From Ginkgo biloba (Eukaryota; Plantae; Ginkgophyta): DNA of 18,781 nucleotides. The first letter of the stretch is position 1. Every line of letters starts with the position of its first letter. The DNA lies in contig JANKJI020000004.1 in the NCBI GenBank assembly GCA_024626585.2, forward strand, positions 127,916,253 through 127,935,033. Reading direction: 5' to 3'. The notes below the pieces were generated by a model. It was given only the letters and a program-made list of their open reading frames with translations, ran no database searches and had not been told where the DNA came from. Below are positions 1-11,169 of this stretch, one piece after another. Position numbers and translations under genes: made by a program.

Positions 1-2572
1 CCAAAAATAGTTACAATCAACATCCTTGGAAAGAGGTTAAATAGAAGTGGGTTTGATGGAAACTAATGCCTCAAATGATGAATACACTTCACTAGAAATA
101 TTCCCATCATCATTGAAACCTTAAACAAATAAGGGGTTCAAGGACCTCATCAATATTTTACATATTGCAACCAAGAAGTCACATTTTGTCATATTTGGTG
201 GGAATGAACATGGACTCAACATATTTAGAATCAAATGATTTTAATCTTTGAATTGGAGGTGGTTGGAACACACATTAAAACATGTATGTAGAGATATAAG
301 TAGTTGGTATTTTAAACCATATTTCATGACTATAATAATTAGATCTAGGATTTGAATCGCGTTGGATTTATAGGGTTTGACATAAAGTTATGTAGTATAA
401 TATTTAAAAATATCAAAATGTATTTTTTTCATAATAGCATAATTGTACATACTGGATAGGTTATAAGAAATATAATTAAACAAGTATATATGGCGTGAAA
501 AAATATAGAGAGTCTTTAGAAATATAGAAGCCACTCTTTANNNNNNNNNNNNNNNNNNNNNNNNNNNNNNNNNNNNNNNNNNNNNNNNNNNNNNNNNNNN
601 NNNNNNNNNNNNNNNNNNNNNNNNNTGGAGGAAGGTCCTACCAAAATATGGTAAGAAGATATGATGTATGGAAACATATTAATTAATTATCTCACTATAT
701 TGCATAATTTAAAATTACACCTGAAATCTAGTTGAATTTTTCACTTTACCTAAACATGATGGAAACATTAGGTGTTTTATCATGTGCATTCAACTACTTT
801 AATTTTAAATAATAATCTCTATATAGCATGATGATTCTCAACAANNNNNNNNNNNNNNNTTTGTAAACTAAAAAGCATAGGAAATAAATCAAGAGCAATC
901 TTTTATTACCTATTATCATATATTCAAGGATGTGTTTAAAACATAGAATTAAGAAATTATAAAATAAATTGAAGGATGATTCCTACAATGAGGCTCTAAA
1001 ATTAGGATGATGGCTTAATTGCTTGAATTTTTATATAAAGTAGATACATATAAGAATGAAAATAGATTAATAGATAATATTAATATTATATTAATACATA
1101 ATTGAATTACCAATTGGGATCATTTTATATTTTAACTACAAGAAAAAATAGATTTTATGGGGAAATGATTCATTAAGAAAGATAGTAACATTATTTATTA
1201 GTGTCTTAAAGGTCATACTATTTTGATCAAAAAGAGAAAAACAAAAAGATTGGTAGTTTTTGAAGATGTTGTTCCCAACTACACCTTGGGGGAACACTTT
1301 CTAAGCAAGATTATATTTTGGTATTGAAGATATAGTTGGTATTTGAGACATGCCCTCAAATCCACATATGTCTATCATTATTTATAAGGGGGGTTCAAAG
1401 TTGGTAGCAATTAGTCTTTAACTTAATTAAAGATAATATGTAAGAAGGTGTAGGTCTAACGAGAAGAAGGAATATTTAAGTTCCAAATATGCATACCTTA
1501 ACGCCATTTAATATAGTTTCAAAAAGAGGACAAAGTGAAGGAACTNNNNNNNNNNNNNNNNNNNNNNNNNNNNNNNNNNNNNNNNNNNNNNNNNNNNNNN
1601 NNNNNNNNNNNNNNNNNNNNNNNNNNNNNNNNNNNNNNNNNNNNNGGATATCGCAAAAATAATCGCTTCTCATGATTTGTTCCTGATTCCCTCCATATTT
1701 TTCTAACACTTGAGATCTAGCCAACATGTGGGGTAGTTGTCACCTAAAATAAAAATTGGTTATGAGTGATTATTCTAGCCTTTGATAGGCCCATCTATAC
1801 AAGGGAAAGGATTTTTATGAAAAGGGTTCAGATGTTTGTCAACTAGTGGGTGATTAGAAGTAGAAATTATTTCTGGATTATCGAAAATTGGATATTATTT
1901 AAGTAATACCATTGTAATTGCCTTGATAGTGGGAGAGTCATTTTTGTGGATTATTAATATAAAAGTTACCATATTTCCTTTTGCATTCAGCTTTGGTAGT
2001 GTCATGGTGTGTGTAATGAAATCTTGCTCCATATACTTAATTTTTGGATGCTATTGAGTTCACCTAGCTCTACTAATGAATGAAAAGTGTGGAATTTAAA
2101 TATCCTACTCTACAAATATTCTAATAATGTTGTCCCATTGATGTATGGTATAATATTAAAGGATATTTCCTTAATGATTGGGCATTGTTCAAGTTTTGTT
2201 GCTGAAACTTATCCCAATTCTTTCAATTATTACTGAATTATAAGGCCTGGCCCTACCAACATATTAATTCCACTAACAATCTTGTGTTTTTATTTATCAC
2301 CTCTAATCACCATTCTAGTTCTCCTTCTATTTTTCTCATCACTTCCTAGCATTGAGTTGGACCCCCATTTTCATAGCACATTTCTGTATTTTTGTGCATA
2401 AAACATTTTATTTTAATTACATTTAGTTATTTATTTTTAATAAGGTAACTACCCCTATTCAAGTCATAGGAGGGTCAATTTACCCCTTACTGTTGTCCTA
2501 TTTTGACACTATCACTCTAAGTTGTACAAATTTTATCTTATCCACCCTTCTTGCTCTGAGTGTCAAAAACAA

Positions 2573-2681
2573 CTGTCAACAGTATTAAGTGAAGATGAGC
2601 CTTCCACTTTTGAGGAGGCAAGAAAGGAGCAAAAGTAAAATGTTGTTATGGATGCTAAAATCCAAAGAGTACAGAAAAATA
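2573..2681 (+). mobile_element. Ty1/copia LTR-retrotransposon pol remnant (segment just before the RVT_2 reverse transcriptase domain), truncated by a gap
   Basis: Manual translation from 2573 gives LSTVLSEDEPSTFEEARKEQK*NVVMDAKIQRVQKN. This matches the copia motif EPxTFxEA...W..AM..EI..I.KN(xTW). The conserved Trp is a TAA stop at 2636-2638. The frame differs from the listed 2589 ORF. Confidence 0.85.
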
Positions 2682-3362
2682 NNNNNNNNNNNNNNNNNNN
2701 NNNNNNNNNNNNNNNNNNNNNNNNNNNNNNNNNNNNNNNNNNNNNNNNNNNNNNNNNNNNNNNNNNNNNNNNNNNNNNNNNGCGGATGTAGGGAGAATGT
2801 CACAGTTATCTAAGGGTTGACAGGCCCAGATTTAGAGCTATGACTGAGCTACGAGAGCCATGCCTGAGGTTTGAGTTTACCGACAAACCGCCGAGTGAGG
2901 CAGTCAGAGGACAGGACTGGACTCTACTAATTTTCTTTACGGATTCTTCTTTAAATGATTAGCACAACCTTGATGGGCTCCACCTAATAAAAGTCCTAAA
3001 AAGAACAAAAATGTATGGAAATGTTTGTATAGGCTACACAAAAATGAGAAAATGTTACTTATCCTTTTCTCTGATGTTGTTACGATGCAAAAATTTTCAA
3101 GCTTGGAAACATGCCTACACTAGGTGTTTGAGTGACGGGAGGAGTGTGGCTCTAGGACCCCACAACTCAACTAGCTAGCCATTTTTATTCTATCTCAAGT
3201 AACACTTCATTTTGGTTTGTTGCTTGTCTTTGTCATTATAGTTTTTGACTTCCTTGTGAACAACATTTTTGCCAATTGCAAGTACTAATTAGTCATCCTC
3301 CACAGTCCAATTCCAACTTCAAGTGAGTAGTTCATTTGCAAATGAATGGATTTGGAGTACCC

Positions 3363-4919
3363 ATGGATTTATCCATTATTCCTCTTCTTGAAGTACAAAA
3401 AGAAAAGGAAACATTGGGTAAAGATAAGAAAAATAAGCCCACACCAACAAAATTCATAGGCTAAAAGTGGAAGCATCTAGAGGGATATCTTAATTAAGGA
3501 ATGAGTAAAGGGAGGATAAAAGGCATAAGCCTGAGGACATCAAGCACGGAGAAGGACACAAAAAGAACTAGGAGGATCTTGATCCTTCATAGATAACTAC
3601 CATCTCTTCAAGTACCCCTTTATCTATGAATCCCATAAATATAAATCTTCCTCTTACTTCATCGCCTCCTATCATCTAAGTGTCTCTCTTCATATGGACC
3701 CACGACATGGCTGGGAAGGATCCTAATATAGATGCAACATTTGATATTGTCCCTCCCCCTTCACTACAAAGGGTAAGAGAAAAGAGAAAGGGATGGTTCA
3801 CACCTAAATTAATGGTCCTGGATAATAATTTGACCACCCAGTCTACCATAGTTTTGATCTCAAGGATAATGCAAGAACTTACCACAAGAGTAAAGGGGTT
3901 TGAATTGGAGTTAGTTCAGCAAGTCCATCATGCTCGTGAAAATGAGGCCTTAAACCTTAATATAAATTTAATAACAAAAGAGATCAGTGGATTGGGAACC
4001 CTCCTCGAGATAAAGCAGGACACACCTCCTAGTGTTTGTTTGTATGTGCATCTCTTAAGGCAGATGATATTAAATACTAAAGAGGTTCCCCTCATCCCTC
4101 CTGAGATATAAGATAAAATATCTTAGCTGGAGTCAAAAGTCGTCAACTTATAGGAATAAGTTAACAATTTGCAGGTTGAAATTGAGCAAAGAGAGATGGA
4201 ACTCACTGAGTGTATGGTAGAGATACAACAATTAAAAATTTTCCTTGTGTAACTCATTACTAGAATACATCACCAATTCAGGAATGGAGTTAGAGAATTC
4301 TAGGAGTGGTTGACCGTGAGTCTTGAGGTATTTCCAAGAATGAAAGAGATGCATTTTGCTCATCTTTCTTGACTAGTAAAAATGAATGCCCAATTGGCAT
4401 TAAAGAAAGCATCACTATAGAAAGAGTATGACAAGTTGTAAGAAGTAAGGAACCAGGAACAACAAATAGAGAAAGAGGTTGTAATCTCGCAACTTAGAGG
4501 TGAGCTAAATTCCATGCGTATTAGGTTCTTTCCCAAAAGAGAGTCCTACTTTAGAGAGATAGAAGAAAGTGGCCATTGGAAAGATTGAGCTAGGTTCTTG
4601 GCTAGTAGGGTTACTATCATTCTTAAGGATACAATAGCCTTGACAATATCAACTCAATTCAACGTCTGAGATTTAATCCCCTCCATATGTTATTTGAGGA
4701 TATTGGCCCATGAAATTAACTAGGTTAATCTTAAAGGGAATCATATTTTGATGGAATATCCTAGCCCGTCTTAATAACCCACTCCACTGACTTTTAGCGG
4801 CAAAGAAATTAATAATTCATAAAGAGATGTTCTAGGGGAGAACCTAGAGCATCAAAATATAGTCCCCTTGAGCACTCAAGCACAAGTTCCTATAGTTGAT
4901 GTGGAGGCAGAGAAACAAA
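3363..4919 (+). pseudogene. Long degenerate (fossil) ORF with coiled-coil character, probably a retrotransposon accessory ORF
   Basis: The frame of ORF 3680-4111 stays protein-like from ~3512 to ~4820 when stops are read as Gln/Arg, e.g. DKIS*LESKVVNL*E*VNNLQVEIEQREMELTECMVEIQQLK and KASL*KEYDKL*EVRNQEQQIEKEVVISQLRGELNS. There are probable frameshifted extensions to ATG 3363 and to the gap at 4919. No recognisable domain. Confidence 0.5.
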
Positions 4920-6517
4920 NNNNNNNNNNNNNNNNNNNNNNNNNNNNNNNNNNNNNNNNNNNNNNNNNNNNNNNNNNNNNNNNNNNNNNNNNNNNNNNNN
5001 NNNNNNNNNNNNNNNNNNNTTAGTTTTAATGTTCGACTCTATACACACAGTCATACCCATACACAAAAATAACTCTTGCACCTATTATTTCTTGTACATT
5101 GTTTCTACTATATATCCTTACAAAATGTTCTTTAGATATCTTTTTAGATTTATGTCGTTGGCTTCCTATGGTTTTATATGTATATGCTTCAAGACTGATG
5201 GTGATAAAAATCCATTCCTCATATAACCCACATAGGAAGAACGCGATACACTCATTGATTGGTGGCCATAAATCAATACATGGTTGCAACAAACTTTAAT
5301 TAGATTAGTTGACTTCTAATTTTAACCTAAGTTCAAGAATTGGATTCTCATATTCTTCATTATTGTACCATGTGTTGGCTCCTCTAGCATTGTTCGATGC
5401 TCCCATTCATAGTTTTAGATGTATTTATTGAGTGAAAAATAGTTTAAAATTCCATTCAGTTTAAGATCAATTTCATCCATGGATGGAGATTCACTTAAAA
5501 TGCACCAATGCATAGAGTAAATAAAACAAGACATGTTATAATAGACTAAACAAGAGGTGGTATAGATCATTTCATACTTAATGACCTGAATGGCATGGAT
5601 CGATGATGCTCTATGCCACTCTCAACTCATCCATGCATACACAATTTTATTTTGGTTGTTCATACATTATAAAGAATCTCTATTTACCTCTACTCATAGT
5701 TTATAGTTAATATTTATATGTTTTTTCTGTATATTTTTCATGGATAACTCTCCTTTTAGGATCTAATAGACCCACTTGAATTTGCATCATTCATTCATTC
5801 ATATCAACGATATTTTATTTTGGCATACATGCCCACTCAAGAAACTTCCATTCATAGTTACATCACCTCTAAATTTCTCATATGACACATATATTTCACA
5901 TAGAATTATATGAAGAGATTTTTTCACTTATTATCTACAGATGCAAAAAAAATATTGAACTATAGAGGTATATCATCATCATATTATTGAGAAATTTTGT
6001 GTAGTCAATACATATCATATTGCATACATGGAGCTATATATTGTTGATCACTGCCATAACAGAGACATATCATTTAGTGAAATCCTTCTTTCATAATTTC
6101 ATAACTTTGTTTCTTGCATACATTTTTCCCATTCATCTCTCAACACCCTACTATTTATTCCTCTCACTCATATAGTCAACATTTTATTCAGGTTTTGATA
6201 TCTTCATCTACATTGTCCTACACTTCAACAATTTTCATAATTCACTTTCATTTGTTCCAATGCGTGCATGATACCAACACCACATTTTCAGTACCATTTT
6301 ATTTNNNNNNNNNNNNNNNNNNNNNNNNNNNNNNNNNNNNNNNNNNNNNNNNNNNNNNNNNNNNNNNNNNNNNNNNNNNNNNNNNNNNNNNNNNNNNNNN
6401 NNNNACTCTACAACTCTTTACTTAAGGACTTTCATCTCAAAACTGATCATTTTTCTCTAAATTTGAACCGCAAGTTGGGACTTTGTGAAAAATTAAGTGA
6501 AATATTAAATTTTGGGA

Positions 6518-6798
6518 TCAAAATGGATCATCTTTTCCCATAACCTCTTGTTCACTTTCTGCTTTCTCTTGCATGAGCTCATTCAATAGCTCCTTAACTA
6601 GCTCTTCTTCCTCTGCCATCATTGTTTCCTTACTAAATCCTTAGTCTTGGTCCTCATCCAAAGTATCATCCGACTCCATTTGCATTTTCACCTTTCTCAT
6701 TAGTGCCTCCATTCCCTCCTTTCCTTTTTTGCTTGCACAATTTCTTTATCATATTTTGCAACTAAACCCATAGAGAGAAAAATCACCCTCTTAGTCAT
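6518..6798 (-). pseudogene. Degenerate acidic/coiled-coil ORF fragment, unassigned (probably TE-derived)
   Basis: Minus-strand translation with one frameshift near 6720 and one stop: MTKRVIFLSMGLVAKYDKEIVQAKKE/KEGMEALMRKVKMQMESDDTLDEDQD*GFSKETMMAEEEELVKELLNELMQEKAESEQEVMGKDDPF*. Confidence 0.3.
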
Positions 6799-6981
6799 GG
6801 TATGATGGCCCAATGCAATATGGTTTCATTTAATGTTTATAATTTCTTATTGAATTCACTCGAGTTGAATCCATCATGATGTATTATTGATATATTATCT
6901 AATAGAAGTTCCTTCATATAACTCTAATCTCCAATTTTGATGATTGTCAACATTTTTTACATACGTATAAGATGACGAATT

Positions 6982-7419
6982 CCTTATAATATCATTGGTG
7001 AATTTATCCCACCTATATGAAAATTCAATCCATTTCTTATCCATCCACTAAAACCATTGAAAGGGTTCATTCTCCATGTTGAGCGATGCTAAGGTGATTT
7101 TTTTATTCATGGATACCTGGTGTATATTAAAATACTTCTCCATCTAGTTGATCTAGCTTCACAAATCCATTCCATTAAATTTGTGTACTTTGACTTTAGG
7201 AATGATGTTTCCATGCATTCCTGTAAGTTCACGCATATCCTATGGGTTGCTATATGTACAATATTCTTCCTTTGCTCCCTTTTCCACTTTCAACTCTTTT
7301 ATTTTTCCCAGTATTGCATCCCCCATTTCAGCAATTCTAGTGTCCATTTTTTCACACATGGTGTTTACAACATCATTCAAGTCCTAGGACCAATTGGGGT
7401 TTATAATCTTATGTGCCAT
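6982..7419 (-). mobile_element. Ty3/gypsy (chromovirus, Reina-like) gag remnant
   Basis: From ATG 7419: MAHKIINPNWS*DLNDVVNTMCEKMDTRIAEMGDAILGKIKELK...IPKVKVHKFNGMDL*S*IN*MEKYFNIHQVSMNKK/ITLASLNMENEPFQWF*WMDKKWIEFSYRWDKFTNDIIR. This matches the chromovirus Gag pattern PK...KFDG.DP..WI.QME.YF....V....K..LAS..L......W..W......W..F (Retrotrans_gag region). Several stops and one frameshift. The clade assignment is tentative. Confidence 0.85.
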
Positions 7420-8463
7420 TATGTAAGACTTTCTAGATCTTAATATTTGTTGACAAGATGGATCTATTTTGATGTATTTTAATGAAGGAAATAAAGCACA
7501 ATTATAGATCAAGAATTATGAAGTGCTAGAACAATAGTGTTATACCTACCAATTTTAAGAGTAGTGCCAATATCTAACTATCCTACCTACTAATTTAATG
7601 ATTGGAAGAAAAATGAATGCGTGTAGCTTAGTATTATGATCATTTCCCTACAATGATAGTTACAACTATATGTTTTTATTATTTTTTCATTAATACAATA
7701 GAGAAAAGAGAATTAAAATGGAAGAAGAGTGACTACGAGAGTTAAAGTAGAGAGAAATGATTGAATTGCATTGCTATAATATATTTTTTACAATAGAGAA
7801 TGATAATAAATAAGAAACCATGAAGATTCACATTTGACCAAAGAATAAAAAAATGATTAAAATTGTAAAATATAACTTTCTAGAAAATTTCACAGCATTT
7901 CAACAACTTTTATGATCTAGAATGAATCTTGAGGTCTCCCAAAAGTTTTGTATGAACACAGAATTAACTCTAACTACAAAAGAAAAAAATGATTATCATG
8001 GTGAAATATATCCTCTAGTAAAATTTTAGGGCAATCCAAATAATTTAATTTTGACATGATTTCCAAGGTCGTAAAAAAAAATCGTATAGACTTATAATTT
8101 ATTCCTTATTTAAATATTCCATGCCTCCTAGCCCTACATTATTTTCATTACCCATTTGGTGGCTATTTTTTTCCCCTGAAGAACAATAAGTTAGTACTTA
8201 GTCCATTCAAATCTCTGCTGAGAGAATAATTATTCCAATTGCCTAGATTTATCTTATCATTTCCCATACCATTTGACCATAGAAACTCTTTCATCACATT
8301 TTCTAACTAAGCCAAGTGACTTTCGCTAAGGGTCTAGTAGGGAAAATAGTAAATGTGCCAACTACACAAAATTTAGAGTGCACCTCAAATGTCCCTATAA
8401 GATTGTGTAATTTATGCTTCCTTTTTTTTGACCTTTTCTAATGCAAGAGCATCTGGAGCTCAC

Positions 8464-8865
8464 TTCGTCAGAGTTGACAAGCACCGACGAGGAGCCAGAC
8501 CGACGAGCACCGATGATGATTGCTAGCCTCATCGGTGAAGTCAGTGAGGATCAATCATGTTAGTGGAGCTATAACCTGATAACCATCAATGAAGGTATAG
8601 TTTGACATTCGTTGGTGAAGACAGAGGCAGACACCATTGGTCAAAACGACCAATGAGACTTGAGGTTCAGGAAGATCGACGATGTCGACGGGGGCTATCA
8701 AGACCGATGAAGCTTTTGAACTTAGTCAGACTGACAAGTGACAAACCATAGAGGAGAAAAAACCTCATTGGTGAGGAGAAAACCAATGAAAGGCAGTTAG
8801 CTAGAACAGACTGACAGGAAGCAAGATCAACTCGCGTCGGAGAGACAGTTCACAATAATCGATAG
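8464..8865. repeat. Dispersed array of a degenerate 8-bp motif ACCGACGA/TCGTCGGT in both orientations (probable LTR or TE subterminal region)
   Basis: Forward copies: ACCGACGA 8483 and 8499; ACCGATGA 8509 and 8703; ATCAATGA 8585; ACCAATGA 8649 and 8782; ATCGACGA 8675; ACTGACAA 8730; ACTGACAG 8810. Reverse copies: TCATCGGT 8529; TCGTTGGT 8609; CCATTGGT 8634; TCATTGGT 8765; GCGTCGGA 8834. The region is locally more GC-rich than its flank. Confidence 0.7.
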
Positions 8866-9573
8866 GGTGAAGGATGACGATGACAAGGAACTTCTATGAA
8901 CGTGGAAAGAATTAATTGCAGAAGCCATTGTAGAATTAATACTCACCTAATAGTGTCGTTGAAGTAGGAAAGTCATTATGCACAGGAGNNNNNNNNNNNN
9001 NNNNNNNNNNNNNNNNNNNNNNNNNNNNNNNNNNNNNNNNNNNNNNNNNNNNNNNNNNNNNNNNNNNNNNNNNNNNNNNNNNNNNNNNTTTGAGGTCGGG
9101 TTCACTCTCCTTATGTTTATTGTGTGTTTGGCGTGAATATTCTTGTGTGGGTTCCATGGTCCTAGGTAGTCTTTTGCTGGCTTGATCCTTTTCCTTCTGC
9201 CAACGGTGATTTTGGCTTTTTGGCCAACTCCTGTCCTTTGGGCGGCATCCAGAGACCCCCTGACTATGAGTGATTTAGTTAGAAACCGCCATCAATACTG
9301 CAGCTAGGGTTGATGAGATATGAAGTATTGCACCTCTTTTCTTCCTACCCTTTTGCATCGTAGCCCTTCGCACTCTATCATTGGACCCGTTTAGGGTTTG
9401 TTTCCACGCTTGGAATGAGGCAACGGAACCAAATGTTGGTAAAAATGGGGGATCCAGTGGGACCCACTTAAATTAATGGGTGGTTAATTGTCATTCATTA
9501 ATAACACATGCATTAATTACATATACATGAGGAAATCATGAATGCTTCAGAATAATTTGTGGGGTACAAAGGA

Positions 9574-10540
9574 TTTTTTTTTTTTTTTGGTAAAATGTAT
9601 TTGTATATTTTCTTCTATTCACAAGATTGGAAGGATTACATCATACAGGAAAAGGCAGATAGCTTCGTAGCTATCCATTCCTGAGACCAGGCATCCTCGA
9701 CAACATGACACCCTAGGGGTGAGGTATTCTCCTAGGGTTGGAAACAACATGATTCATGAACCTTAGGTAACCACACAGGGCCCCAACAAAAGAAATTATC
9801 CACTACGAAGACCACACAGGGAGCCGAAAAAAACCATGAATAAAGTAGATCACACTAACAAAACTCTCAGATACCACTCAGGGCACTGGGAGTGAAACCT
9901 CACAAAAGATGAGTAGTTGAAACTGCATCCATAGTAGAAGAAAAATGGGTTAAGAGAAAAACCCTAACTAAAACCCTAACACAAAACATTCAACCACCGA
10001 GCCATGAGCTAAACTCCAATACCCATAATAGGGAACTAGAGTCGCCAACCAAGAAAATGTAGAAGCCAGACTAACACGGTCGTTGTTGATCGAGCATCGA
10101 ATGACATGGAGAAGTATAGGAAACTGTGGACAACTACCTTTGCATGTAGCAAAAACGGGAGCAACAAGAAGAACTTGAGAAGCGTTGCTAACTCTCTAAG
10201 CCCTGAAGCCAAGGAAGAACTTGGTCTTTTTTAGCCACAGACCAAAAAGGAACTCGTAGAGACGCATGGCTGCCATAGTTGCAAAAGGAAAACAGGGCGC
10301 ACGAACCCTTGAAGAGCCGAAACTTGCAACCACAAAGGAATGGATTTCCTCCACACGATAACCCAAATGCATCGCACAACTTCACATAACCCATTTATCC
10401 CCTTGCATTCCACCAGACTCCCGCCTCCTCCGACAAGTAGTCCGAGCCCAAGCAGGGCTACGGGCAAGGAGGGGCCGTGGAGTAGCGCAACAACCTCTGG
10501 GAAAAGCCTAACGGACATCAAACCTCCTATTCTCTTACAA
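9574..10540 (-). mobile_element. Probable 3' part of a LINE-type (L1-like) non-LTR retroelement or non-autonomous derivative
   Basis: T15 run at 9574-9588 followed by GGTAAA, i.e. a poly(A) tail on the minus strand with the typical plant L1 3' context. Composition shifts abruptly and stays shifted up to the gap. Minus-strand GGNPFLCGC (ORF 10188-10394) only loosely recalls the L1 ORF1 motif YEGIPFRCxxC. The other end lies in the gap, so a TSD cannot be tested. Confidence 0.45.
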
Positions 10541-10727
10541 NNNNNNNNNNNNNNNNNNNNNNNNNNNNNNNNNNNNNNNNNNNNNNNNNNNNNNNNNNNN
10601 NNNNNNNNNNNNNNNNNNNNNNNNNNNNNNNNNNNNNNNNCATATGGATTAAATGTTGACTTGCTTAGCCATAGTTATCAGTAAGTTGAATATGGGTAAG
10701 TATCGAACTTACTACAAGCAAGCAATG

Positions 10728-10918
10728 AATCAACCACAATTAAGTATAGGTTTAGAGTAAATTTTTTTGGTTGGATTGATTTAAAAAATTTGTTAGTGTT
10801 AGTCATTGACCAATAAGGTTTTCTTGGTTGGATTGGCATAAATATTTTGGGTTGGATTGATAATTTTTTAGTCTTATCATTTAATCCAATAAACTTGATG
10901 GGTTTGGATGGTTGGGTT
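10728..10918. repeat. Degenerate TTGGTTGGATTG repeats with inverted copies (possible MITE-like remnant)
   Basis: TTGGTTGGATTGAT at 10767, TTGGTTGGATTGG at 10824, TGGGTTGGATTGAT at 10848, TTGGATGGTTGGGTT at ~10904. Inverted partial copies AATCAACC at 10728 and AATCCAAT at 10883. Confidence 0.4.
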
Positions 10919-10968
10919 CTTATTTCTTTATATACCGGTGCAGAAATATAGATGTGTAGATAGACAAA

Positions 10969-10990
10969 TCTCTCTCTCTCTCTCTCTCTC
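10969..10990. repeat. (TC)11 microsatellite
   Basis: Perfect dinucleotide run read directly from the sequence. Confidence 0.97.
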
Positions 10991-11169
10991 TGTGATCAAT
11001 CAATCATATTATATTTAAAACAAGAATAGAATTGATAATTTAGACATCATGTTGAATAATTAAGTGAACTTTTCTTCAAAACATTTGAATTACAAATAAA
11101 CCAAATTTGTAATTTTTTGAAAGAGTTCTTAGTATATCAATCGAAAAACCTTACAAGGCCAACAGAGAG

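Noticed and set aside
2104-2160. Kinase-like IIPYINGTTLLEYL in the minus-strand fossil ORF
   Set aside because: No GxGxxG, HRD or DFG motifs nearby; likely coincidence.
5608-5620. PBS-like GCTCTATGCCACT (and ATTTTGATGTA at 7466-7476 upstream of gag)
   Set aside because: Both need an indel plus mismatches relative to GCTCTGATACCA. There is no convincing gag next to the first, and the second is too degenerate to call.
6268-6304. HFQYHFI resembling copia RNase H KHIxxxYHFI
   Set aside because: Too short, and the upstream motifs (DNxxAI, HxRTKH) are absent.
7120-7443. Plus-strand ORFs 7120-7443 and 7181-7387 (likewise 17466-17663 and 17644-17862)
   Set aside because: Antisense shadows of minus-strand gag remnants and their leaders.
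8464-8865. CRISPR-like interpretation of the repeat-spacer pattern
   Set aside because: Repeats are only 8 bp, in both orientations and irregularly spaced; the context is eukaryotic with no cas genes.
9390-9979. Telomere-like or telo-box motifs TTTAGGGTTT and AAACCCTAA
   Set aside because: Isolated copies, not a tandem array, and not near an identified gene start.
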